From Candidatus Woesearchaeota archaeon (GTDB lineage Archaea > Nanobdellota > Nanobdellia > Pacearchaeales > GW2011-AR1): a stretch of DNA of 51,526 nt. Shown here piece by piece: positions 36,453 to 44,556 of the stretch. Positions within the stretch are counted from its first letter, which is position 1; the number at the start of each line of letters is the position of its first letter. The notes under the pieces are model-generated. The model was given only the letters and a program-made list of their open reading frames with translations, did not search any database and was not told the origin of the DNA. The stretch is from positions 1-51,526 of the forward strand of contig CAYOYC010000001.1 in assembly GCA_964408125.1 (NCBI GenBank), written 5' to 3'. The position numbers and the translations under genes are program-made.

Positions 36453-37001
36453 ATGAAAGCTGTTTTATTTTTAAGTATCTTTATTGCCATTATATTTTTT
36501 ATCTCTAATACACTTGCTATTAAAATATCTCCAACACGGCAGGAATTAATTATGAACCCCTACGAAACAAACTGCACAAATATCTGGGTTTTGCCAGAGG
36601 ATAATTATATTATTAGCTCTAACTGGTCTTATGATGGAAAGGGCAATCTGGAAAAATATAACTTTAGCACTGAAAAAATTAAATTGTCTATGAATTATAG
36701 CCATATATCTGAAGGGAAATATGAAATATGTTTTACACCAAAAAGAGGTGGAAATTTTTCTGGGATTATTTATTTTTACTCCGAAAAAAATATGGTTGAA
36801 ATTGGAACATGGATAGAATTAAGGGTTGAAAGCAAAACGGCCATAGAATCAATTTCTCTAATTACTGGAAATGCCATGAGAGATACTGGCAACTTAAATC
36901 TTAGCCTGGGGCTTGTCTTTTTGTTACTTGTTATAACTCTTCTACTGGCTATCAGAAGATCTTTTCGGCGCACTCGGCTTATTAAAGATAAACATCCCTA
37001 A
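36453..37001 (+). CDS. secreted protein with C-terminal TM anchor, sequon-rich
   Basis: Signal peptide, 6 sequons in 182 aa, and a C-terminal hydrophobic helix followed by RRSFRRTR. Confidence 0.6.
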   Translation: MKAVLFLSIFIAIIFFISNTLAIKISPTRQELIMNPYETNCTNIWVLPEDNYIISSNWSYDGKGNLEKYNFSTEKIKLSMNYSHISEGKYEICFTPKRGGNFSGIIYFYSEKNMVEIGTWIELRVESKTAIESISLITGNAMRDTGNLNLSLGLVFLLLVITLLLAIRRSFRRTRLIKDKHP

Positions 37002-38339
37002 ATAAATAATTCTACTTAAGATGGTTGCTATAACTGCCCCAAAAACGGCAGAATAGCCTCCGTAGGGCAATAAATTTGTGATTAACGTATAATTTAGCAA
37101 TATGTTGATCAGAGTCGAAATTATTAGCACTTTCGCCACGAAATAACTTTTGCCTTCTGAAATATAAAAACTACTATATATCCCTATTATTGGATCAATT
37201 AAGAACAAAATAGAGAGCGCTTGCAGTATTTTTACAGCAGGTAAATAGTTTACATTATAGATTATACCAACTACAAAAGAGGCTACAAAATAGGTGAATA
37301 CGATCCCGGCCAACGCGAGCGGAATCGTGACTATTATAGATTTTTTTAAACCGTTTAATAATCTGGCACCTTTAAGTCTGGAAAAAATAGGAAAAAGAAC
37401 CCCTCCGAAAGAGATAATTACTATTCCCGAGCTTAAAAGCGCGAATGCGGCCTGATAATAGGCAATAAATGTTGCTTCTACAAATTTACCTAGCATAATT
37501 ATATCTATGTACCCAAAAAACGTACCCGAAAGCGCAGTAACTGTTAATGGTAGAATGAATCTGTTTATTTCTTTTTTCTGATTTTTATTTAGTTTCTTAC
37601 CGTGATATCTTTTTAAATTTAGTTTCAAAAAAAGTAATGCAAAAAAATAACATAAAGATAGCGACATAAACAATACGAATAATGTAAATTGTGTTGAATA
37701 TGCAAGAGAATAGATTATTGCTATTGGAACGATTATTAATCTAAGTATTTGGAATATTAGCTCTCTGTAAAATGTTACCCTGAAATTATTTTCTGCCTGG
37801 AAAAAGCCCGAGATAAAACCTAGCAAACTCGTACCAATTAAATAAAGAGATCCTGCTAGTAACGCTAAAAAAATAGGCTTGTTATAATAGCTTGCGATAA
37901 AATACGAAGAAATAATCAAAAATAAAGCTACTATGGAAGTTAATGTAATTCTTAATTTTGCTAAATAAACAATATACCCCCTTGAGTTTTTATTATATTT
38001 AGAAAGATACCGAACAAGCGCATTCCCTATCCCCAGGTCTGTAAATCCCGCAAATAACAATATTGTTGAAAGAGAAAGTGAATAAAGACCGAACAACTCT
38101 GGAGTCAGAAGTGGTTTTAATTCAATAGAAAATAAACTAAATAATTTTACTAAAAATGTAGATCCTATAATTACTGCTGTAAAAATTAAAGCTCCTATTT
38201 TTGCGATAGCACTAGTTAAAAAAGAATAAATGGAGTTTTTAACGGCCATTCCTGTATATCCTGAGAAATCTCTATGTAATAATCTCTTTGTGATTCCGAA
38301 CGCTTCTTTAGCAAATATCTCCCTCATTCTATAACCCAC
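36942..38339 (-). CDS. oligosaccharide flippase (MOP/Wzx-type polysaccharide biosynthesis protein)
   Basis: 465 aa, about 12-14 TM segments, with a Wzx-like N-terminus (FSGYTGMAVKNSIYSFL). Confidence 0.7.
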   Translation of the reverse strand: MGYRMREIFAKEAFGITKRLLHRDFSGYTGMAVKNSIYSFLTSAIAKIGALIFTAVIIGSTFLVKLFSLFSIELKPLLTPELFGLYSLSLSTILLFAGFTDLGIGNALVRYLSKYNKNSRGYIVYLAKLRITLTSIVALFLIISSYFIASYYNKPIFLALLAGSLYLIGTSLLGFISGFFQAENNFRVTFYRELIFQILRLIIVPIAIIYSLAYSTQFTLFVLFMSLSLCYFFALLFLKLNLKRYHGKKLNKNQKKEINRFILPLTVTALSGTFFGYIDIIMLGKFVEATFIAYYQAAFALLSSGIVIISFGGVLFPIFSRLKGARLLNGLKKSIIVTIPLALAGIVFTYFVASFVVGIIYNVNYLPAVKILQALSILFLIDPIIGIYSSFYISEGKSYFVAKVLIISTLINILLNYTLITNLLPYGGYSAVFGAVIATILSRIIYLGMFIFNKPSAPKRSSDSQ

Positions 38340-38785
38340 TCTTTCTTGTTTTTATTTCTTTGCCAAAGCCAAATTTGAGATGTCTTATAAGAAATGTGTT
38401 GTTCCGTATAAATTGTTTCTAAAATATCCAGAGCTAAATGTAGTAAACAGCCCAATAAAACCCAAAAGAAAAATATATGCAAATATGAGAGGACGAATAA
38501 TATTACAGCCAATTCTATGCCGTGTAAGATAAAATTAGGATATTTGTACCTATCTCTTTCTTTGCGTTCTAAATCCAGCCAGATATATCTTCGTCTTAAT
38601 GCCCGAGAATAGAATTTAACAGGATTGAGACTTTTAGCTTCGAAAATACATATCAGCACATGATCTAGGTCTATAAATACAGCTGAAAGGAAAATAATTA
38701 CTCCGGCAAAAAAGGAGAAATCAAAAAAATATACTAGGATTATTGAAAAAATAAAACCATATAGTACGTGCCACTTTGGAAGCAT
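38324..38785 (-). CDS. small membrane protein, possibly DUF457/YdjM-like metal-dependent hydrolase
   Basis: N-terminal WH, IDLDH and HG motifs within TM helices. Co-oriented between secD and the flippase. Confidence 0.4.
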   Translation of the reverse strand: MLPKWHVLYGFIFSIILVYFFDFSFFAGVIIFLSAVFIDLDHVLICIFEAKSLNPVKFYSRALRRRYIWLDLERKERDRYKYPNFILHGIELAVILFVLSYLHIFFFWVLLGCLLHLALDILETIYTEQHISYKTSQIWLWQRNKNKKEWVIE

Positions 38786-38786
38786 T

Positions 38787-40307
38787 TTAATCTCCCTTGA
38801 TTCTCTCTATAATATCTGCGAAGGCAGGTCTAGTTATCAGAACACCAACCGTAACTCCTATAATTGTAGTAAGTGCAAATCCCCTAAGCATTCCCGCGCC
38901 AGCCCAGAAAAGAGGAAGCATAGCTGCTATAATAGTAAAGAAGGCGCCCATAATTACGAATAAAGCGTTCTTTATTCTTTCTTTTAATTTTATTGAAGTT
39001 ATTCCTCTATTAAAAGATTCATCTAGAATTACTATTTGATCATTTACCCCTGTTCCCATCCCTGCAATTATTCCAGCTATTCCTGCAACGTCTATATTCC
39101 ATCTCAATAAAGAAGCTACACCGAGCGTAATGAAAGCTTCTGAGAACATTGTTAAAATAACTGCTCCTGTAACTTTTATCTTTCTATATCTGATAAAAAG
39201 AATCACAGAAATTATGGCAAAAACTAAAGCACCTAATAACAGTAAGTTTTTTGTAAATTCCTTTCCTAATGTCGGAGAAATTGTATCTAGTTTTACTACA
39301 TCTAATTTATATGGTAAACTTCCCGTTTTTAAAATAGTCTGAAGTTTCTTCATATTTTTCTTTGCATCTTCATATGCTTCTTGCTGGCTTGTTCCCGTAC
39401 CGGATCCAGAAATCTGAATTTGTGTAGTTACTCTCCCCTTCAAGTCTGCACCTATTTGTAATGTATCCATTAAATTATTATCAACAAATAAATCAAGTGG
39501 TTTTTCTAAATATTTACCGCCAGAAGAAATATTCACAGAAAGATTGCCCGTTAAATCGGCCTGCCTTTGTGCTGCTGCGCCAGAGAGTGATATTGTAAAT
39601 CTAAATTCACAATAGTACGATTGATCGTTTTGATTACAAGAATAAATTCCTGCGTCTTGGCCGCTTGAACCAACATATGTAATGTCTTCATTGCCTCCTA
39701 TAAATACCGTATCATTGCCTATTTTGGCTTCGAATTTACCCTGACTCTCTAATAACTCTTTTAATTCTGCAGATGTTGAGCCAGCAATTTCTATTAACAT
39801 AAAACTTTCGCCAGAAAGATCGGAAACTGATTTTATAATTACGTCATTTAAACCGAATGCATTTAATCTTTCTGTTGTTATAGAAACTAAATCATCTACC
39901 TGATTTTTTGTTAAGGATACGTTTGCTGCTTTGACCAGTGCCCTTGCTCCGCCGCTAAGGTCTAGCCCTGTTTTTATGTTTGTGTTTGGTAAACCGGATA
40001 TAGAGATTTCTGGCCTATTGGCTAAAAAAATAAACTCCCCTTCGTTTGTACCCATTATTATTTTTTGAGAATTGTTTGTTACAAATAACTCCGCTATAAT
40101 TCTTGCATAATCTTCCGGAGTTTTTATAGACTGTCCATTAATTTGTATTAAATCCATCCCTGATCTGACCCCGGCCTCATATGCTGTAGAATCTTTCTCT
40201 ACGCTTTTTATCAAAACGCCCGAATCTAAATATTTCCATGGGGCGATGGCCATAAACGAAAAGAGCAATACTATAATCAATATCCAAACTCTAAATGTTA
40301 TTTTCAT
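38787..40307 (-). CDS. secD: protein-export membrane protein SecD
   Basis: One TM, a large extracytoplasmic domain, then six C-terminal TMs (GIAGIIAGMGTGVNDQIVI). The ATG at 40307 forms an ATGA overlap with the secF stop. Confidence 0.85.
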   Translation of the reverse strand: MKITFRVWILIIVLLFSFMAIAPWKYLDSGVLIKSVEKDSTAYEAGVRSGMDLIQINGQSIKTPEDYARIIAELFVTNNSQKIIMGTNEGEFIFLANRPEISISGLPNTNIKTGLDLSGGARALVKAANVSLTKNQVDDLVSITTERLNAFGLNDVIIKSVSDLSGESFMLIEIAGSTSAELKELLESQGKFEAKIGNDTVFIGGNEDITYVGSSGQDAGIYSCNQNDQSYYCEFRFTISLSGAAAQRQADLTGNLSVNISSGGKYLEKPLDLFVDNNLMDTLQIGADLKGRVTTQIQISGSGTGTSQQEAYEDAKKNMKKLQTILKTGSLPYKLDVVKLDTISPTLGKEFTKNLLLLGALVFAIISVILFIRYRKIKVTGAVILTMFSEAFITLGVASLLRWNIDVAGIAGIIAGMGTGVNDQIVILDESFNRGITSIKLKERIKNALFVIMGAFFTIIAAMLPLFWAGAGMLRGFALTTIIGVTVGVLITRPAFADIIERIKGD

Positions 40308-41188
40308 TTTATATCCTTTTTGGCACAATACCATTTAATTATAGAGGCGTTTGTCATCCATGTACTCATAATATCTACTAACAGTCCTAATGCTAATATT
40401 AAAAATATTTGTTTAAATGACTCAGGTAAGCTTGATGAAAAAAAGAACGCTGGAATAACTGCCGCCAGTGCTGTTCCTGTCATTAAAATACCAGTTTTGA
40501 ATGCTCCGTAGATTCTCGTGTTTAAAGAACCCTCTTTCTTTTTTAATGCTCTCGTTGTTAACAAAATATCTGTATCTACCGAATAACCTATCAACATTAA
40601 AAATGCCGCTATACCTGCAGCTGAAATCTTTACGCCAAATATATCTAGTACCGCTAATGGTATTACTATATCTGAAAAGGCTGCAAAAACTACTGCAATA
40701 CTTGGTGTAAATGTTTTAAATAAGAAAAAGATAACACATGACATTAAAATAAAGGATATTATTATGGCGTACATCAACTGCTTATAGAAGCTATTACTCA
40801 GAGATGGGCCTGTAAATTCTGTGCTTGAATTCTCGTCGGTTAAATTTATTCCTAGTTCTATAATCCTATTTTTTATATCGCTAGACTCCGCAGATGTTTC
40901 AATTATTAAAGCCAAGCGCTTACCTGTTGAAACGTCTGTTAGTTTTCTGAAACCAACGTCTGAAAAGTATTTTGGAAGCTCGCTTTCTAATGCTGTTGTA
41001 TCTATATCCCCGTTAATCGTTATTACCGTGCCGCCCTTTAGCGATACATCTTTGTTCATTATGTCGCCTGTTTTTGCATAAAACCCTACTAGATAAATTA
41101 AAGATAAAATAACAATTATTACCGGAATCAATAAAACTACTTTATAATTTTTGTCATACCAATTACTTATTTTTTGATTTTGTATCAT
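40304..41188 (-). CDS. secF: protein-export membrane protein SecF
   Basis: SecF topology; IGYSVDTDILLTTR; secF-secD order as in other archaea. Confidence 0.85.
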   Translation of the reverse strand: MIQNQKISNWYDKNYKVVLLIPVIIVILSLIYLVGFYAKTGDIMNKDVSLKGGTVITINGDIDTTALESELPKYFSDVGFRKLTDVSTGKRLALIIETSAESSDIKNRIIELGINLTDENSSTEFTGPSLSNSFYKQLMYAIIISFILMSCVIFFLFKTFTPSIAVVFAAFSDIVIPLAVLDIFGVKISAAGIAAFLMLIGYSVDTDILLTTRALKKKEGSLNTRIYGAFKTGILMTGTALAAVIPAFFFSSSLPESFKQIFLILALGLLVDIMSTWMTNASIIKWYCAKKDIK

Positions 41189-41250
41189 AAATCCATGAGT
41201 AAATTGGTATTTTTAAGCCTTGTTAATTTCGGATAATTTTAGGGATAGAA

Positions 41251-41350
41251 TGCGCCGGTCGGGAGTCGGACCCGAGTCAAGTGGTTCTTTCGCAATTATC
41301 CTAAGATTTTTGATGGAAACCACCTATACTAACCACTGTACTACCAGCGC
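41251..41350 (-). tRNA. tRNA-Gly (anticodon UCC) with a 28-nt intron at the canonical 37/38 site (intron 41286-41313)
   Basis: Acceptor GCGCTGG/CCGGCGC, discriminator A, D arm GTAC-AGTGGTTA-GTAT, anticodon stem GGTGG/CCACT. Exon TTTC pairs with intron GAAA, flanked by 3-nt bulges CA|T and GA|A (BHB-like). T loop is TCCGACT, with C at position 55. Confidence 0.8.
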
Positions 41351-41374
41351 TTAAAAGTTAAATATAGATCGGGG

Positions 41375-41422
41375 TTTTAAAGGTTTTGGATTTCATGTTT
41401 TCAATAAACAAACTTTTAAAAA
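41375..41422. promoter_or_regulatory. two divergent TATA-like boxes for tRNA-Gly (minus) and tRNA-Leu (plus)
   Basis: The ggttttaaagg centre is about 28 nt from G1 of tRNA-Gly. The cttttaaaaa centre is about 28 nt from G1 of tRNA-Leu. Confidence 0.45.
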
Positions 41423-41445
41423 CGAACACTTATTGAGGATTTCAA

Positions 41446-41528
41446 GTGGGGGTTCCGGAGCGGTCAAACGGGTAAGATTTAAGCTCTTATGGCTTCTGCC
41501 TTCGGGGGTTCGAATCCTCCCTCCCACA
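41446..41528 (+). tRNA. tRNA-Leu (anticodon UAA)
   Basis: Acceptor GTGGGGG/CTCCCAC, 3-bp D stem, anticodon stem TAAGA/TCTTA with loop TTTAAGC. Long variable arm, T arm GGGGG-TTCGAAT-CCTCC, discriminator A. Confidence 0.88.
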
Positions 41529-41562
41529 TAAAATTTATATAGTCTAAATATGTTGAATAATA

Positions 41563-41763
41563 ATGCAAAGAAAAATAAAAGCTAGATTGTTCCAAGCTCC
41601 GGCTATTATACTTTTAGTCATAGTCCCTGTGATTGCAACCTTTTATATAAAAATTTCTAAGAAGCTAGACATCTCGTGGTTTACGCCACTTGCTGTATTG
41701 GTAGTTGCGGCGTTATACTTTTATGGAAGGTATTTGGAAAATAAAAACGATTTTTCCTTTTAA
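41563..41763 (+). CDS. hypothetical 66-aa two-TM membrane protein
   Basis: Two hydrophobic helices. A TATA-like box (aaatttatatag) is centred about 26 nt upstream of the ATG. Confidence 0.4.
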   Translation: MQRKIKARLFQAPAIILLVIVPVIATFYIKISKKLDISWFTPLAVLVVAALYFYGRYLENKNDFSF

Positions 41764-41799
41764 ATAAACTTTTATAGTCTCTTTTCTAGAAATTTCTAG

Positions 41800-41827
41800 G
41801 CCCGTGTAGCTCAGCCTGGTTAGGGTA
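41800..41827 (+). other. orphan tRNA 5' fragment (acceptor 5' strand plus complete D arm) with its own TATA-like box upstream
   Basis: GCCCGTG-TA-GCTC-AGCCTGGTTA-GGGT-A; the D stem closes with two G:U pairs. A box (cttttatag, 41769-41777) is centred about 27 nt upstream. No anticodon or T arm follows, and no matching 3' acceptor strand occurs in the window. Confidence 0.6.
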
Positions 41828-41830
41828 AGG

Positions 41831-41839
41831 TTTAAATAT
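41831..41839 (+). promoter_or_regulatory. TATA box (aaggTTTAAATAT) 26 nt upstream of the LAGLIDADG ORF ATG
   Basis: Immediately abuts the tRNA fragment. Consensus box and leaderless spacing. Confidence 0.45.
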
Positions 41840-41859
41840 ATTAAAATCGTTTATTTTTT

Positions 41860-42864
41860 ATGAGATTACTCTTATCAAAAGATTCTAGAAAAAAGTTATT
41901 TGATCACCTACAAAAAATAAATAATTGTAACTCTCTCGAAGTATTATCTCGTAAATTGAAAATTCCATTAAAAACAATTGGGAATTGGAAATATGGGCAT
42001 GGATATATTCCTGAAGTGATACTTCCTATCGCTATCGAAAATAAAATAGAAATTTTAGATAAGCAAGAAGATAACTGGGGAAATATTAAGGGTGGCAAGA
42101 AAACTTATCAGATAATTTTAAAAAAATATGGGCAAGGGGAAATAGATAAAAGACGATCTCGGGGTGGAATGAATTCTATTAGAAAGATTAGAGTACAACA
42201 AAAACCCATATCTATAGATATTACTAATCCTCTTTTTTTAGAGTTTTATGGTATTTTGTTGGGCGATGGGTGGATGAGCAAGCTAGCTTATCGCGGAAAG
42301 ATAATAAATCTTATCGGCATTAGTGGAAATGCAAAAAAAGATAGGGAATTTTTTATTTATTTAAAGAAAAATATTAAAGAATTATTTAATAGGAACGCCT
42401 ATCTTAAGTATCGTCCAAAGTGCACTTCTATAGAGCTAAACTTTACGCATAAAGAGCTGTTAAAAAAAATACACGAGGAATTAAATTTCCCTATAGGCCA
42501 GAAGATTGACTTGAAAATTCATGATAATGTTTACAATTTGGGTTACGAAAAAATGAAGTACGTTATTAGGGGGATATTAGACACTGATGGTTGTGTGTAT
42601 TTTGATAAAACACCCGTTGGAAAACCTTATCCTTGTTTAAATATCACAATGAAAGCTCCAAAATTAATGAATCAGGTTTTTAATATGCTTATTAGTCAAG
42701 GATTCAAAGCAATGCTTCAAGATAGAAAGGGTCATGCTATGCAAATAATATTAAAGGGACGCAAACAATTAAATAAGTGGATGAAAGAAATAGGATCATC
42801 TAATTTCCGAAACTTAAGTAAATTTGCCCTCGTGGCGCAATTGGATAGCGCAAAAGCATCCTAA
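41860..42864 (+). mobile_element. LAGLIDADG (double-motif) homing endonuclease gene with N-terminal HTH-like domain
   Basis: Two dodecapeptide motifs (LEFYGILLGDGWM and VIRGILDTDGCVY) and an N-terminal SLEVLSRKLKIPLKTIGNWKYG helix-turn-helix-like segment. The last 13 codons are tRNA-Arg sequence. Confidence 0.8.
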
Positions 42865-42899
42865 GCTTTAGGTTGCAGGTTCAAGTCCTGCCGAGGGCG
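42826..42899 (+). tRNA. tRNA-Arg (anticodon CCU)
   Basis: Acceptor GCCCTCG/CGAGGGC, D arm GCGC-AATTGGATA-GCGC, anticodon stem AAAGC/GCTTT with loop ATCCTAA. T arm GCAGG-TTCAAGT-CCTGC, discriminator G. No convincing TATA box at -26. Confidence 0.88.
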
Positions 42900-42907
42900 T
42901 TCGGAAG

Positions 42908-42916
42908 GTTTAAAAA
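42908..42916 (+). promoter_or_regulatory. TATA box (gaaggTTTAAAAAgcc) about 26 nt upstream of 5S rRNA
   Basis: Consensus box; spacing to the first paired nucleotide of 5S helix I. Confidence 0.45.
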
Positions 42917-42937
42917 GCCAAAATCAATAGAAATTTT

Positions 42938-43047
<110 letters not shown>

Positions 43048-43110
43048 ATCTATTTTTATAATAGGTTTTATAGGAAACACTTATATGCCTAAACTAAAAT
43101 CACCTTAGTC

Positions 43111-43308
43111 TTAATATTTCTTAAACTTATTAACTAATTCTATAGAATCTGTTTGCCCCAAGAAAACTGCTCTGCAACAATATCTTTCTAATCCTAACTC
43201 GTCTAAAACTTTTTTAGGATCTTCACCCTTTGCAGTTCTTTCTTTAAAATCCTTCCATAAGTGAGCAATCGGCTTGCCACATGAGAAACATCTTATTTGA
43301 ATTATCAT
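43111..43308 (-). CDS. rpoN: DNA-directed RNA polymerase subunit N (Rpo10/RpoN)
   Basis: MIIQIRCFSCGKPIAHLW...LGLERYCCRAVFLG. A TATA box is centred 26 nt upstream. Confidence 0.92.
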   Translation of the reverse strand: MIIQIRCFSCGKPIAHLWKDFKERTAKGEDPKKVLDELGLERYCCRAVFLGQTDSIELVNKFKKY

Positions 43309-43353
43309 GTAATTATGATAAAGGGGGCATTTTTAAAGGTTTTGATTCGTAGT

Positions 43354-44556
43354 TTATTCATATCTTAAAGCATCTACTGGGTTTATTTTAGAAGCACGAA
43401 TTGCGGGAATAACCCCGGAGATTGCGCCCGTAATTGTTGCAAATAAAATACATCCCGCAAAGAGCCAGAATGAATATAGCGGCTTTAAAAAACTCCATCC
43501 TAAGTTTTCTAAAATGTTTCCGGCTAGACTTGTTGCTCCATAGCCGATTAATACTCCTATAACCCCCGCTAAAAACCCTAAAAATGCAGATTCGAAAAAG
43601 AAGATAGAAAATACGACTGAATTTTTTGCCCCTATAGATTTTATAATTCCTATTTCTTTATATCTGTCTAATACGGACGTTATCATTGTGTTTGCAGTAT
43701 TTATTGCCGAAACCAAAACCGAAATAAATGATATAAAGATAATAAATCCTATTACAACGTTTAATGCGCTACTATATGATTTTATTAAATCCTCAAAAGA
43801 TTGAACAAAGAAATCTTCCTCTCCCCTTTTTTGATCTCTTTCATTTCTTAGTGCGTCTTCAACTCTAGTAATTGTATTCTGTATATTGTTTATATCCACC
43901 CTGGCTATTATATATCCGTAGGAATTATTTCCTGGATAAAGTGTATCAATATACTCGTTGTTTATATAAATTTGAGAATCGTCTTGCGGAGTTCCTATTT
44001 CATCTAAAAATCCGACTATACGCAAATCTTGTCCATTAATATTTATTTTATTATTCAATCCTAATGCTTTTGGAAATATTTTTTTGTCTACGCTATATGA
44101 ATATCCTAAAACAACCTTCCCTTTGTCTGATTTTTGCAAATTTCGTCCCTTTAGTATATCCACTCCTCCGATTTCAAACATCATTGGTTTTTGTGGGTCT
44201 ATGGAAATTAAAAAACTGTATATTAATTTGTCTTGAGCATTTACCTGTGCAACCTTAAAATACACCCCCGTAGCATCATAAACCCCGTCGGACCTTCGCA
44301 CCGCCTCTAGGTCTGAATCTGTTAATTTAAAACTCGAATCTAGTCCCGGGGCCGAATTGGTTTTACCTTGTATTATTATTTTATCTGCAGAAGACCCGCT
44401 CGCAAGGTTGTTTATATAATCATATAAACCAAATCCAAAACTAATAAATATAAAAATAGTTGCTATTCCTATAAAAATGGAAAGAACAGTTAGAAAACTT
44501 CTCGACTTCCTTTTGTTGATGTTCCTCAGAGAATATTTTATATTTTCAAGCGCCAT
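43354..44556 (-). CDS. ABC transporter permease, FtsX/MacB type
   Basis: TM1, a large extracytoplasmic domain, then three C-terminal TMs (IGIIKSIGAKNS...). Confidence 0.85.
   Translation of the reverse strand: MALENIKYSLRNINKRKSRSFLTVLSIFIGIATIFIFISFGFGLYDYINNLASGSSADKIIIQGKTNSAPGLDSSFKLTDSDLEAVRRSDGVYDATGVYFKVAQVNAQDKLIYSFLISIDPQKPMMFEIGGVDILKGRNLQKSDKGKVVLGYSYSVDKKIFPKALGLNNKININGQDLRIVGFLDEIGTPQDDSQIYINNEYIDTLYPGNNSYGYIIARVDINNIQNTITRVEDALRNERDQKRGEEDFFVQSFEDLIKSYSSALNVVIGFIIFISFISVLVSAINTANTMITSVLDRYKEIGIIKSIGAKNSVVFSIFFFESAFLGFLAGVIGVLIGYGATSLAGNILENLGWSFLKPLYSFWLFAGCILFATITGAISGVIPAIRASKINPVDALRYE

Noticed and set aside
35867-37001. Assignment of the two sequon-rich proteins to the WxL/DUF916-type or TasA-type surface-filament families.
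   Set aside because: The only support is topology plus weak motif resemblance (WWAEV, PNWASV). That is insufficient without profile or structure searches, so the proteins are kept as hypothetical.
41826-42915. The 10-bp repeat AAGGTTTAAA at both ends of the endonuclease plus tRNA-Arg module, considered as a target-site duplication.
   Set aside because: The same motif is the general promoter box seen at more than 15 other loci. At each of these two sites it sits at the correct distance from a start (the ORF ATG and 5S +1). Promoter function explains both copies.
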